This document shows positions 37,317 to 47,962 of a DNA stretch of 64,000 nt, piece after piece (position 1 is the first letter of the stretch; every line of letters begins with the position of its first letter). The notes under the pieces were generated by a model. The model was given only the letters and a program-made list of their open reading frames with translations. It was not told where the DNA came from and searched no databases. The position numbers were made by a program, and so were the translations under genes. Origin of the DNA: Candidatus Thorarchaeota archaeon (lineage in GTDB: Archaea > Asgardarchaeota > Thorarchaeia > Thorarchaeales > Thorarchaeaceae); contig JBHLRS010000002.1 in NCBI GenBank assembly GCA_048882325.1, forward strand, positions 96,001 to 160,000. Reading direction: 5' to 3'.

Positions 37317-38228
37317 ATGACATTCACCCAACTGGCCGATGATATCTTCGTGGTCATTGGAGGTTCTTTCCCTAGGTGCAATACACTGGTTGTGGTTGCT
37401 GACGAGCTTGTGGTGATAGACCCAGGTTGTGCGATTGAAGACCTGCGAAGATTCATCATGTCACAGGACATGGAGATGCGAGACATTGACACCATAATCC
37501 TTAGTCATATACATCCAGACCATATCACACACGCAATGAGGATTAATAGACTCTCTAACTGTCGAATTGTAGCGAATGATATCACTGCACCTTTGTTTAA
37601 TGAAAAGGAAGAGATGAAACGGTTTCTTGGTTTTGTCAAAACAAATCCAGTGCGTAAATTATGGGAGGACCTTGTGGATCAGAAGATGTACGGAGCATTA
37701 GAAGACGGGCGTGTGGATGAAATTGTGAGAGATGGCGACAAGTACAGTCTTGGCACTACTACTCTCAGGATGCTTTACACTCCTGGTCATCTTCCTGACC
37801 ATATGTGCTTCGAGATACTTGAGCCAAACTTGGTGTTTACATCAGATATCGACCTTACTGAGTTCGGACCCTTTTATGGACATCCAAACTCATCGATACC
37901 TGACTTCAAGATGTCAATCCAAAAAATCATGCAGAACGAGTTTGATGGATTAATCAGTGGTCACCTTAAAGACCCGCTTGTTGTAAACTACAAAGAAAAG
38001 CTCACTTCATACTATCGTCAATTTGAAATTCGGGAAGACTTGGTGCTCTCAGCAATACTTGATGGAGCGAAAACAGTTCCAGAGATTATAGTTGATCCTA
38101 TCATCTACCCGTCACTCACACACCCAGTCTTTATGCAATTTGAGAGGTGGATGATAGAGCATCATGTTTCCTCATTGATTGGTTCTGGACTTGTTGAAGA
38201 GAACAAGGGGAAACTCAGAGCTATCTAG
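37317..38228 (+). CDS. Metallo-beta-lactamase fold hydrolase
   Basis: IDPG, SHIHPDH, TPGH, FTSD, SGH. Confidence 0.9.
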   Translation: MTFTQLADDIFVVIGGSFPRCNTLVVVADELVVIDPGCAIEDLRRFIMSQDMEMRDIDTIILSHIHPDHITHAMRINRLSNCRIVANDITAPLFNEKEEMKRFLGFVKTNPVRKLWEDLVDQKMYGALEDGRVDEIVRDGDKYSLGTTTLRMLYTPGHLPDHMCFEILEPNLVFTSDIDLTEFGPFYGHPNSSIPDFKMSIQKIMQNEFDGLISGHLKDPLVVNYKEKLTSYYRQFEIREDLVLSAILDGAKTVPEIIVDPIIYPSLTHPVFMQFERWMIEHHVSSLIGSGLVEENKGKLRAI

Positions 38229-38746
38229 AGTATCAATTCCATGTACTTTACATGCTTCTGAATTTGTGGAGGGGTTTCACCGCCTCGATATTTCCGAATG
38301 TCATGGAATCCCATCGATTTGTAAAGATGTCGAGCCGCTTTGAACGTTTCAGATGTTTCAAGCCGCAGTCTTGAAAATCCAAGTTCTTTTCCCTTTTCAA
38401 TTAACTTGGTCAACAGGAGCCTACCAAAGTTCTGTCCTCTATGCGTTGGACGGATAAACATGCGCTTAATTTCTCCAATCCCAGGCTCAAGCTGCATTAA
38501 TGCTCCCATACCTTCAGCTCTACCAGCGATTTCAAGAATAAAGACAATTCCTGTATGAGGTTCAATGTTGATGTACTCTTCAAGGTACTCCGTCACATAT
38601 TCTTGAACTGATCTATCACTCGACGAACCAAGGTCAATATTGTGAATTTCCTTGAGGATTTTCGATACCCAAGTTACATACTCAACATTTAGGTCAAAGA
38701 ATTGGTCTTTATGAGCTTTGTTTGAATATGGAACAAGCTTAGCCAT
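38225..38746 (-). CDS. GNAT N-acetyltransferase
   Basis: GEIKRMFIRPTHRGQNFG, RLET, ARHLYKSMGF. Start moved to ATG 38746 (GGAGG SD). Confidence 0.88.
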   Translation of the reverse strand: MAKLVPYSNKAHKDQFFDLNVEYVTWVSKILKEIHNIDLGSSSDRSVQEYVTEYLEEYINIEPHTGIVFILEIAGRAEGMGALMQLEPGIGEIKRMFIRPTHRGQNFGRLLLTKLIEKGKELGFSRLRLETSETFKAARHLYKSMGFHDIRKYRGGETPPQIQKHVKYMELIL

Positions 38747-38844
38747 GACCTCCAGCTCTATGGGGATTGTTCTATGAGTCAAAGTTAATAAGTGAAGACG
38801 ATTGGTTGCATAACAATTGTTAATGATTTTGGTGTAGGACTTAA

Positions 38845-40926
38845 ATGACCAGTAACAGATTAGCCCAGGAGAAGAGTCCATATTTATTGCAGCATGCAGA
38901 GAATCCAGTGGATTGGTATCCTTGGGGAAATGAGGCATTTGATCTAGCAAAAAGGGAGAACAAACCAGTCTTTCTATCTATAGGGTATAGCACATGTCAC
39001 TGGTGTCATGTCATGGCGCATGAATCCTTTGAGGATGATGATGTAGCACAGTTAATGAATGATGCATTTGTCAGCATCAAGGTAGATAGGGAAGAGAGAC
39101 CGGACATAGATGGTGTCTATATGGATGTTGCCCAGATGATCACTGGGCGAGGTGGATGGCCACTAACAATTATCATGACACCAGACAAGAAGCCATTCTA
39201 TGCAGCCACATATATCCCGAAAGAAAGCAGATACAATATGATTGGTATGAAGGAGCTTGTACCTCGCATAAAAGAACTCTGGGAAACTGATCAATCAAAC
39301 ATTGAGGATGTCATCGAACGGATTGAACAAGCACTCTCAGACTCCAAACGAGCTGGACAGATGGATGATCTATCTATTACCGAGGTGGACGAAGCGTATC
39401 AGCATCTATCCCAGCGGTTTGATGAAGAACGAGGTGGTTTTGGCTCAGCACCAAAGTTTCCGTCCCCTCACAATCTTATGCTGATATTGAGATATTGGAA
39501 GAGAACCGGGGATGAGAGAGCATTATTCATTGTGGAAAAGACACTACAGGCTATGAGGTCGGGAGGTATATTCGACCACATTGGTTTTGGATTTCATAGG
39601 TACTCGACAGATGCTGAATGGTTGCTCCCTCACTTTGAGAAGATGCTCTACGATCAAGCCAGTCTGATGATGGCCTACACTGAAGCATATCAGATAACAA
39701 AGAAGCGTGAGTATGCAGATACCGTTCGAGGCATCTTTGAATATGTTACTCGAGATTTGAGAAGTTCTGAGGGAGCATTCTATTCCGCAGAGGACGCAGA
39801 TTCTGAGGGAGAAGAGGGGAAGTTCTATACATGGGCCAAGAGTGAGATTGATGAGGTTTTGGGGGAGGATCTCGCGCCACATTTCATTCGGATATACAAC
39901 ATACATGAAGAGGGCAACTTTGAGGACGAGGCCACTCGCACAATGACGGGGCTCAACATTCCACACCTCAGTGATTCTGTAGATCTCGATACTGAAATGA
40001 CAAGACAAGAATTGGAACTCTTGCTGAGAGATGCAAGAGCAAAATTGTTCATACGAAGAGAAACAAGAGTGAGACCGAGTCTGGATGACAAGATTTTGAC
40101 AGACTGGAATAGTTTCATGGTTGCAGCACTTGCAAAGGCAGGAGTCGTACTTGGAGATAGCGAGTTCATAGAGGCCGCTGAGAAAGCTCTTACATTTATC
40201 CTAGAAAGAATGCTCGATGAGAAAAGAGAGCTGTATCACCGATACAAGGATGGAGAAGTAGCTATTAGTGCATTCCTCGATGATTATGCGTATCTTGTCT
40301 GGGCGCTTCTTGAATCGTACGAAGCAACTTTCAAACCAGAGTATCTGGAACTTGCGAAAGATCTTAGTCTGGATCTGATAGCGGAATTCTGGGATGAGGA
40401 GAGTGGAGGATTCTATTTCACCGGAGTCAATTCGGAGAAACTCTTGGTGCGTAAAAAAGATGCATATGATGGAGCCATGCCATCGGGTAATTCAGTGGCT
40501 GCGCTAAACCTGATTAGACTGGCGCGTTTTCTTGGAGACCCAGATTTCGAAGCGCGTGCATCAGAAACAATCAAGGCATTCTCAGGTATAATCCAAAGAG
40601 TCCCATCAGGATTCTCAATGATGTTGATTGCTCTTGATTTTGCACAAGGTGAATCCTACGAAATAGTCATAGTTGGGGATCCAATGAAAGAAGACACGCA
40701 TAAAATGCTTGACACATTACGGGACTATTACATCCCTAACAAAGTGATTCTCTTGAAGGGAACCACGCTTCAGTCAGACGAGGTGTCCAGACTAGCCCCC
40801 TTCGCAAAGTTTCATGACTCACTTGGAGGAAAGGCCACAGCTCATGTTTGCATAGATTACAACTGCAAGCTTCCTACAACTGAGATTGACCAGTTGCTCA
40901 AATTACTAGGCATCGATTCATCATGA
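38845..40926 (+). CDS. YyaL/SPATA20-family thioredoxin-domain protein (DUF255 + alpha/alpha toroid)
   Basis: [60 protein letters not shown]. Confidence 0.93.
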   Translation: MTSNRLAQEKSPYLLQHAENPVDWYPWGNEAFDLAKRENKPVFLSIGYSTCHWCHVMAHESFEDDDVAQLMNDAFVSIKVDREERPDIDGVYMDVAQMITGRGGWPLTIIMTPDKKPFYAATYIPKESRYNMIGMKELVPRIKELWETDQSNIEDVIERIEQALSDSKRAGQMDDLSITEVDEAYQHLSQRFDEERGGFGSAPKFPSPHNLMLILRYWKRTGDERALFIVEKTLQAMRSGGIFDHIGFGFHRYSTDAEWLLPHFEKMLYDQASLMMAYTEAYQITKKREYADTVRGIFEYVTRDLRSSEGAFYSAEDADSEGEEGKFYTWAKSEIDEVLGEDLAPHFIRIYNIHEEGNFEDEATRTMTGLNIPHLSDSVDLDTEMTRQELELLLRDARAKLFIRRETRVRPSLDDKILTDWNSFMVAALAKAGVVLGDSEFIEAAEKALTFILERMLDEKRELYHRYKDGEVAISAFLDDYAYLVWALLESYEATFKPEYLELAKDLSLDLIAEFWDEESGGFYFTGVNSEKLLVRKKDAYDGAMPSGNSVAALNLIRLARFLGDPDFEARASETIKAFSGIIQRVPSGFSMMLIALDFAQGESYEIVIVGDPMKEDTHKMLDTLRDYYIPNKVILLKGTTLQSDEVSRLAPFAKFHDSLGGKATAHVCIDYNCKLPTTEIDQLLKLLGIDSS

Positions 40927-42411
40927 CTACTGTGATGGTTTGCGTTTCATCCAAAGAACAACACCAATAATCAAAATCGCAACAACACCACTAGCAACAA
41001 CAATGACGGGACCATACACAGTTAGAAAGTCATTTGGCCAAATCTCAGCTAATGCATCTCCAGCAGCCTTCCACGAGTCTGCGATGATAAGAAGATCTGC
41101 TGAGATAGCGTTCAAGGTGGATTCAAATGGAACGATCGCTGCATCAATATCTCTAGAGGCATTGAAGGATTCTGCTAGGTCAAGGAATGTGTTGGAAACA
41201 AATCCGGTTGCTTGTGATATATTTCCAGGGAAGATGAGAGATGAATTATCCGCCAGATTAGCGAACGCAGGTAGTGCATCCTGTCCGGCATCAATAAAAG
41301 ATGTGAGGTCAATCCCGGGCACCAAGAGTGGGAAACTCTCAAGGGCGGTTCTATATGATAGATATTGAAGTGTGGTTTGTGCTTCCAGACCCAGCCCCAG
41401 GAAATAGAGAAGTGAGGTCTTGAAGTTAGTTTCATCAGTTATGCCATCAAACTCACTCAGAAATGACTTTAGTCCTTCAGCTGTGAAGTCCTCACTCATC
41501 TGACGGAACCCAGCCTGACCGAACCTGCCCACTATTGCATTAGGACTATTGGGAGCGTAGATTGATCCGACACCAAGAAGTTTGTCACGTACCATCCTGC
41601 CTAAACGCGCATCGGTTGATTCAGAAGGCGGTGTGTCAGGTAAGAACGTGTTAGATATGTAATACCTGTTTGACCAAGCATCAATTAGCGAGGTGAATGT
41701 AATTTTGGTGTAGTTTCCCCTACCATCATCTGGGTAGCCAAAGTTCTCACCAAATGAACCTACACCTGGATCAACAATCGTAACTGAGGTTTCGGTGTCA
41801 TTATAGCCCACAATAAGTACAGCATGAGCGCCTCCGCTAACGCCTTGTTCACGCAGATAGTCATAATCAGCTGCAGGGAGAAACGCTGAATCCACACTGA
41901 TTAGAAGGGGATAACCACTATCAATTGTACGCCTCATAAGACTAAACGCTTCAGCTTGTCCGTCCAAAACTCCAACCGTGAGTCCTTCTGCCTCCCACAC
42001 TTGAACAATCTGTTCAAGATTAGGCACAGTATCTCCAAGATAGATTGTATAGTTAACACCATAGAGCTCTGCTAAGAAATGAGTTGGTTCCGCCTGAGTG
42101 TAAAGAGCGCCTGGAAACATAAGCATGGTATCATCAAAGCGGAAATAAGCGAATGAAAATCCGATTGTGGAAGCTGCAAAGACATCATACATAGTTAGGG
42201 AAACACCAGCATATTGCATCGCCATCGTTGTAGCAGCCCAAGCACAGAACCCGTTAATCTCTTGCCAGACATAGTCTTTGGCTGGGAGAAGCCCGCTTTC
42301 AGCGACAACAAACGTATAATCGGTATCGAGAATGGCAACTGGTTCTTGAGCTAGTATAGGCGTCACTAGGATAAGGGCAAGAAAGATTGCTGCAAGGGGA
42401 TATAGCTTCAC
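40927..42411 (-). CDS. Secreted, C-terminally membrane-anchored papain-fold (C39-like) cysteine peptidase
   Basis: Signal peptide from GTG 42411, WQEINGFC, HAVLIVGY, IVDPG (Q/C/H/D), C-terminal TM followed by KRK. Confidence 0.75.
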   Translation of the reverse strand: MKLYPLAAIFLALILVTPILAQEPVAILDTDYTFVVAESGLLPAKDYVWQEINGFCAWAATTMAMQYAGVSLTMYDVFAASTIGFSFAYFRFDDTMLMFPGALYTQAEPTHFLAELYGVNYTIYLGDTVPNLEQIVQVWEAEGLTVGVLDGQAEAFSLMRRTIDSGYPLLISVDSAFLPAADYDYLREQGVSGGAHAVLIVGYNDTETSVTIVDPGVGSFGENFGYPDDGRGNYTKITFTSLIDAWSNRYYISNTFLPDTPPSESTDARLGRMVRDKLLGVGSIYAPNSPNAIVGRFGQAGFRQMSEDFTAEGLKSFLSEFDGITDETNFKTSLLYFLGLGLEAQTTLQYLSYRTALESFPLLVPGIDLTSFIDAGQDALPAFANLADNSSLIFPGNISQATGFVSNTFLDLAESFNASRDIDAAIVPFESTLNAISADLLIIADSWKAAGDALAEIWPNDFLTVYGPVIVVASGVVAILIIGVVLWMKRKPSQ

Positions 42412-42530
42412 TGGTGTCCACTCAAAAGAGTTGAGTCTCTGACAAATCATAAGGATGTCGATAGGACAAACCATGTTCAAAGTAAGAAACCTTATTGCAC
42501 GTGTTGAACTCTTTTTGACGCAGTCACAAG

Positions 42531-42959
42531 GTGAGCTCTTTGAGTCTAGGAAAATCAGAAGCAATGATATTTCTCATCGGATTGACTATTTTTGCCGCAG
42601 GAATCATTGTTCTTCTTCCGAATGAACCTATTACATACACCAGTGAGGTTGAGCTCGATCCTGGTTCATACCTTTTTAGAGGGAGTTTGGATGGTGCAGG
42701 CGATTACAACATTCACTCTCTGCGGATTCTTGCAGATCCGATTAGTATGCACATTGTTCTGAAGTGTGGGAACAATGATTTTGACATCTACGCTGGTTTT
42801 GGATATACTCCTACTGAGTCCATCTACGAATTCAGAGGGTTTGCAGCAGGTGGAGAGGATTTCACAGTTGATACCATTCAGGAGGGCCTTTGGCACATGA
42901 TGGTTCACTCTTACTCAGGTTCAGGACAGTATGAATTACGGATAGATATCGAATACTGA
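42531..42959 (+). CDS. Membrane-anchored or secreted stand-alone PPC (pre-peptidase C-terminal) domain protein
   Basis: N-terminal hydrophobic helix; DFDIYAGFGYTPT..Y......E......EGLWHMMVHSYSGSGQYEL matches the PPC pattern. Confidence 0.7.
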   Translation: MSSLSLGKSEAMIFLIGLTIFAAGIIVLLPNEPITYTSEVELDPGSYLFRGSLDGAGDYNIHSLRILADPISMHIVLKCGNNDFDIYAGFGYTPTESIYEFRGFAAGGEDFTVDTIQEGLWHMMVHSYSGSGQYELRIDIEY

Positions 42960-43104
42960 CTACTCAAACCCTAACAAGCTGACTAGTTTGACAACTTGAT
43001 GAGAGTATTCGACATAAAAGAAGACTAAAAAGTCCTCCAAAGAGTTGGCCGCTGCAAGTGATGGTTTTATTGTAGCTACTCAATGACATAAACAGGAGCA
43101 AGTT

Positions 43105-44190
43105 TTGTTGAATTATCACCTAGTCCTCACCCGAAGATGCAATCTCAACTGCTTCTATTGTCATGGTGGGGAAGAGAGCGGTCCAGACACAGAGATACAA
43201 TATTCTATCGAGGACCTTGCATCATTTTTGGCGCAGGATAAAGATGTTCAACTCATGTTGTATGGTGGAGAGCCTACTCTAAGAGTACCAATGATTATCG
43301 AACTGATGGACCGATTCCCAACTGCAAGATTCATGCTTCAGACTAATGCACTCCTCCTAGATCAAATTCCTGAAGACTATATCAAAAGATTTCATTCAAT
43401 CCTAGTTTCTATTGATGGGACTGAAGAGACGACTGATGGCTATCGTTCCACAGGGGTATATCAGAAAGCCATTAGGAATGTTAGAAGGCTGAGAGAAACC
43501 GACTATGAAGGAGATGTAGTCGCCAGGATGGCAGTTTCTGAGCAGTCGGATATCTATAGAGATGTAAGACATCTACTTGAATTAAGAGACCCCCTCTTCG
43601 ACCATGTTCATTGGCAATTGAATGTTGTTTGGGATGCAGAGAACAACTGGCAAGATTTTGACAGGTGGGTTGAAGAAAACTATAATCCTGGAATTACTCG
43701 ACTCGTTGAAGAATGGGTAAGTAAAATGGAAGCAGGTGTCGTTGAGGGAATTGTCCCATTCCTCCCACTCATGCACACCTTAATCACAGGAACACCATCC
43801 GAGATGCGATGTGGTTCAGGGCTGGATACTTTTGCCATTCACGTTGATGGAAAGATAGGAATCTGCCCAATCTCACCGGATTGGGAGTTCTCAATCGTGG
43901 GAGATATTTGGGATTCAAGTCTAGTAGACTTAGAGAATTGTATGAGGGTTGATGAACCCTGTCCATCCTGCGAGGATTATGGGATTTGTGGAGGTCGTTG
44001 TTTATTCGCAAACAAACAAAGACTTTGGGGAGAAGATGGGTTTGAGAAGATATGTGACCTCTCAAGACACCTCTTTGATACTCTGCGGAAACATGTTCCC
44101 AAGGTTGTCGAGCTCATTGATGCGGGAATAGTCACATTGGACGCTTTTGATTATCCCGAATACAACAACGGATGCGAGATTGTCCCTTAG
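43105..44190 (+). CDS. Radical SAM/SPASM protein (AF_0577/TIGR04084-like)
   Basis: CNLNCFYC, YGGEP, QTN, SIDG, CGSG, CP, CPSC...CGGRC, terminal EIVP. Confidence 0.88.
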   Translation: MLNYHLVLTRRCNLNCFYCHGGEESGPDTEIQYSIEDLASFLAQDKDVQLMLYGGEPTLRVPMIIELMDRFPTARFMLQTNALLLDQIPEDYIKRFHSILVSIDGTEETTDGYRSTGVYQKAIRNVRRLRETDYEGDVVARMAVSEQSDIYRDVRHLLELRDPLFDHVHWQLNVVWDAENNWQDFDRWVEENYNPGITRLVEEWVSKMEAGVVEGIVPFLPLMHTLITGTPSEMRCGSGLDTFAIHVDGKIGICPISPDWEFSIVGDIWDSSLVDLENCMRVDEPCPSCEDYGICGGRCLFANKQRLWGEDGFEKICDLSRHLFDTLRKHVPKVVELIDAGIVTLDAFDYPEYNNGCEIVP

Positions 44191-44230
44191 GAAAGGCAAA
44201 TATCTGAATATGTAACCACTGCGGAGGAAG

Positions 44231-45019
44231 ATGATGACGTCGACTCGTGATGTACTGGATAGGCTTGCAGCTGGTGAGATAACAACAGAAGAGGCTGAAA
44301 AGGAACTCAAGTCTCTCGCCTTGACCAAAGTTGGGGATTTTGGCATGTTAGATTCAAATCGGCAAGAGAGAAGCGGAGTCCCAGAAGTGGTCTATGCTGA
44401 AAGCAAGACAGTAAAGAGTCTGGTGAAGATTGTAGATGCACTTGTGGAGAAGAATGGAGTGGTTCTTATCACTCGAATGACTCAACAGAAACTTGAAGGG
44501 TTGCAACAAGCTCATCCGAAGCTCTCATTCGAATCTAAGGGATCAGAAGAACATCTTACAGTATTTGCTTATTCCGATTCATGGAGTGAACCAAAGAAGG
44601 AAGGGAAAATTGCTATTCTCACTGCAGGAACATCTGATGTTGTTTATGCAAGAGAAACCGAAGCAATCGCCAGATTGATGGGAGTCGAAACCGTGTCATT
44701 CTATGATGTTGGTGTTGCTGGAATCCATCGTCTTATTGAACCTATACAGACAATCGTAGAGGAAGATGCGGATGCAGTTGTTGTCCTTGCCGGAATGGAG
44801 GGGGCTTTACCAACGGTTGTGGCCGCCCTTATTGATGCACCCGTCATTGGAGTTCCAATACCAACAGGGTATGGTCATGGGGGTATGGGTGAAACAGCTT
44901 TAGCATCCATGTTACAGTCATGTTCACCTGGACTTGCCGTAGTCAATATAGGAAACGGACTGGGTGCAGGTTCTGTTGCTGCTTTGATAGCTAAAAGACG
45001 GGCACAAAAGGGTAAATGA
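44231..45019 (+). CDS. larB: Nickel-pincer cofactor biosynthesis carboxylase/hydrolase LarB
   Basis: R..R.GVPEVVYAESK, TAGTSD, DVGVAGIHRL, AGMEGALP, PVIGVP..GYG, MLQSCSPG, VVNIGNG. Confidence 0.88.
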   Translation: MMTSTRDVLDRLAAGEITTEEAEKELKSLALTKVGDFGMLDSNRQERSGVPEVVYAESKTVKSLVKIVDALVEKNGVVLITRMTQQKLEGLQQAHPKLSFESKGSEEHLTVFAYSDSWSEPKKEGKIAILTAGTSDVVYARETEAIARLMGVETVSFYDVGVAGIHRLIEPIQTIVEEDADAVVVLAGMEGALPTVVAALIDAPVIGVPIPTGYGHGGMGETALASMLQSCSPGLAVVNIGNGLGAGSVAALIAKRRAQKGK

Positions 45020-45021
45020 GG

Positions 45022-45561
45022 CTACTCTTCCTCATCCATTGGTTTTTCGGTCAAGTCCTTCTGCATGATTACGATTTCTTCACCAAGCCGTTCAATTCGT
45101 CCTGTCTCGACATAACCCCCGCGTTCATAGAAGGAGAGTTGTTGCTCGACAGCACCATAGACTTCGATCTCTATTAATTGCGCATTCATATGTGTCAAGA
45201 GATTCTCTGCGTAGTCAACAAGCATCGTGCCAATTCGTCGACCTCTGAAATCGGACCTCACTGCTACTCTACTTATTACTCCAACCTGACCACGAAGACG
45301 GACACGCATTGTTCCTACCACAGTTTCCCCAACAAGAGCAACATACTGATGACCCATTTGAATGTGTCTGGAGATTTTCCCTAGACCCTCCTCAAGTGCA
45401 GCTGGTTTGCGGGAGAGTTGTTTCATGATTGGTTGATATGCTTCTTTGATTATCTCCTTAATTACATCTACCTCTGCAAGAACAGCTTTACGTATTGCTA
45501 TCTCAGCGTAGTTATAAATTAGAGATACCTCCTCTAGAACTTGCGCGTTGACGTATAGCAC
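45022..45561 (-). CDS. GNAT N-acetyltransferase
   Basis: ISRVAVRSDFRGRRIG, FYERGGY. True start uncertain. Confidence 0.85.
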   Translation of the reverse strand: MLYVNAQVLEEVSLIYNYAEIAIRKAVLAEVDVIKEIIKEAYQPIMKQLSRKPAALEEGLGKISRHIQMGHQYVALVGETVVGTMRVRLRGQVGVISRVAVRSDFRGRRIGTMLVDYAENLLTHMNAQLIEIEVYGAVEQQLSFYERGGYVETGRIERLGEEIVIMQKDLTEKPMDEEE

Positions 45562-45649
45562 GCATTGACATATATCATTTGGGGCACGGACTCTAGAGAG
45601 GTTTTATTTTGAAACATATTCAATCTAGGATTAGGGGTCAAATCTGAAG

Positions 45650-46147
45650 ATGACACATGAGGTTCGGGAGATTGCAATATCTGATAGGGAGTGGATAGAA
45701 GATGTTCTTTGTGGAAGTTGGGGTTCAACCAGAATTGTCACAAGGGGAGTTGTTCATCACGCAGACCAACTTCCAGGTTTTGTTGCATTGACTAATGGAA
45801 AAAGGTCAGGCCTTCTGACGTACAGTGTGAGTAAAAACTTACTAGAAATCATTACTCTAGAGGCAAAGAGAGAAAGAGAGGGTATTGGAAGTGCACTTGT
45901 GAACGCAGCGATTGAGAGAGCAGAGATCCTGAGATGTTCGAAGATTAGGGTGGTCACAACAAATGACAATACACCTGCTCTGCAGTTCTACAAAGCTTTA
46001 GGATTCAAGATTGTAGCAGTCCGTAAAGGAGCAGTTAATGAATCACGAAAACTGAAACCAGAAATTCCACTCATTGGTGTAAATGGTGTTCAGATAACTG
46101 ATGAGATCGAACTCGAGAGGAGAGTCCATGACAACACGTACCTTTAA
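45650..46147 (+). CDS. GNAT N-acetyltransferase
   Basis: REGIGSAL, VTTNDN..ALQFYKALGF, SRKLKPEIP..G..G..I.DEIELE. Confidence 0.9.
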   Translation: MTHEVREIAISDREWIEDVLCGSWGSTRIVTRGVVHHADQLPGFVALTNGKRSGLLTYSVSKNLLEIITLEAKREREGIGSALVNAAIERAEILRCSKIRVVTTNDNTPALQFYKALGFKIVAVRKGAVNESRKLKPEIPLIGVNGVQITDEIELERRVHDNTYL

Positions 46148-46188
46148 TACGTCTCAAGCGAATCACTCTGCATTCAGGAGGTCACCTG

Positions 46189-46338
46189 ATGGCTAAGAAG
46201 GAAAAGGAAGAGGAAGTGGCTGAATCTCAGAAATTAAGCGACCGCGACAAGAAAGAGATTCAAGAAGGACTATGTGTGAACTGTGCTTTGGTTTCTATAT
46301 TGTTCACCATTCTTCTAATGGTGACCATGGTCCTATAG
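46189..46338 (+). CDS. 49-aa tail-anchored microprotein (below the ORF-track cutoff)
   Basis: AGGAGGT SD upstream; MAKKEKEEEVAESQKLSDRDKKEIQEGLCVNCALVSILFTILLMVTMVL*. Confidence 0.6.
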   Translation: MAKKEKEEEVAESQKLSDRDKKEIQEGLCVNCALVSILFTILLMVTMVL

Positions 46339-46388
46339 CAACTTAACCTCAATCAGGCTGGTTTTTTTCGACATGAGAATAAAGAAGG

Positions 46389-46419
46389 GAAGTGAGGGTC
46401 AAAGACAGACCCTCAATTC
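46389..46419. terminator. Stem-loop between convergent genes
   Basis: GAAGTGAGGGTC-aaagaca-GACCCTCAATTC inverted repeat (1 mismatch). Confidence 0.4.
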
Positions 46420-46425
46420 AGCGTA

Positions 46426-47823
46426 CTAATTGCTTGCATCGTCCTCGTCGTCTTCACCAAAACGTTTTGGCTTACCAAGACGGCGACTGTCACCTATTGA
46501 TAACCTGTCTGAATCAGGCGCGGATAGGTCATGTCCAGGTTCACCTGCCTTGATGCCCTCAGCTCTCTCACTTGGCCAAGATTCACCAGGGTCAGGAGTA
46601 GCATCGGCAATCTCTTTGTCCACTTCGTCAGGGGCAAAAGTCGCTCCCTCTTCCCTGGCACGTGAAACAATGCGCTCAGTTCGCTCATATCGTAGATAGT
46701 AGAGTGCAGTGAAGATTGCAGCCAATGGAAAAGCTATGAGCTTCGCAACATCCCTGAAGAGATAGAAGAACCTCGGATCAGCTAGAATGCCTGCCTGGAA
46801 CCAATCCCAGATTTGAGTTGAGGGATTCGATGCAACTGCTATTATGCTGTCCACAAAGAAATAACCACTTGCTAGGAAGAAAGTTGCAACTGCTCCAAAG
46901 TCCCCAATCCGTCCTCCAGGTGATTCCGCAGCCTCTACCATTGTTCGCCCAATACCACTAAGGGCATATGCCAGAAAGAACAGGGACATCGCAATATCGA
47001 CTGGAGTCATTCCGAAGACATTGGTCCGCCTCATGACGTTGACAAGGAAATATCCAGAGTAAAGTGCAATGAACAAGGTCAGAAAAGCAATGTTCAACGC
47101 AGCACCCTTTCCAGCATTCCGAAGGAAAGCTAAAAGCATCACCAGACAAAACAGTCCCATCATTGCGTAAGCAACAATCAGGAAATTGAACTGGTTCGCG
47201 ATATTAAACGATGCATCAACGAAGATGCTGTCAATCAATGTGCCGAGGCCAAGAATGTCGTTTGGAACAAAGTAAAGCGCAAGTAGTGCTTCAGCAGCAA
47301 TTAATCCAATTCCGATTATCAAGAGTATGAAGCTACCAGTACCAATTAGAAAACCGCCTTTCTTTGGTTCGGCAATAGTAGCAATTCTCAGACTTGTTCG
47401 GGTTGACAAGTATCCTTGGAAAGCAATCCAACCAACCCAACAGAAGATAGCAAAGAACAGCATCGCCCCCTCTCCTGCTATTATTGAGAGGAACACTGCA
47501 ATCGCAAAGGACACAACCATCCAACTTAGTCCTTTCAGCTCCGTCGTGCGACCTCTACCCCGTCTTGTTATCCATAAGCGCTCAGCACCTAAACCTGTCA
47601 GTAAGGTTCCAAGTGCGAAATATATCGTACCAGCAGAACCGATGTATGCAAAGAGATTGACAAGCAAAGTTTCAATTTCAACCCAACCTTGACTTACAAC
47701 ATAGTTCATCAACCAGCCCATGAACAGTGCAAGAAAGGTAGTGGCCACAAACACAATGAAATAAGCAAGGTATCTTCGTTTCCGGAAGAAGACTCCAATA
47801 CCATCAAAGAATGGGATTCCCAA
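46426..47823 (-). CDS. Hypothetical polytopic membrane protein (~10-11 TM) with acidic disordered C-tail
   Basis: GGAGG SD before TTG, serial hydrophobic segments, ~85-aa D/E/P-rich tail. Confidence 0.8.
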   Translation of the reverse strand: MGIPFFDGIGVFFRKRRYLAYFIVFVATTFLALFMGWLMNYVVSQGWVEIETLLVNLFAYIGSAGTIYFALGTLLTGLGAERLWITRRGRGRTTELKGLSWMVVSFAIAVFLSIIAGEGAMLFFAIFCWVGWIAFQGYLSTRTSLRIATIAEPKKGGFLIGTGSFILLIIGIGLIAAEALLALYFVPNDILGLGTLIDSIFVDASFNIANQFNFLIVAYAMMGLFCLVMLLAFLRNAGKGAALNIAFLTLFIALYSGYFLVNVMRRTNVFGMTPVDIAMSLFFLAYALSGIGRTMVEAAESPGGRIGDFGAVATFFLASGYFFVDSIIAVASNPSTQIWDWFQAGILADPRFFYLFRDVAKLIAFPLAAIFTALYYLRYERTERIVSRAREEGATFAPDEVDKEIADATPDPGESWPSERAEGIKAGEPGHDLSAPDSDRLSIGDSRRLGKPKRFGEDDEDDASN

Positions 47824-47962
47824 TATGAGTAACCTCCCTAACTATGCAGGAGAGTGTGTTCGGACCGATATAAGGTTTGCAGCTATTCTCCCCTGTGATT
47901 CTCCACCTATCAAAGATAATAAGAAGAGAGGATGTAAACTGATAATGGGGCTGTGAGCCAAG

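Noticed and set aside
44231-45019. Second purE
   Set aside because: The N-terminal extension and GTSD/DVGVAG/GMEG motifs identify LarB, not PurE.
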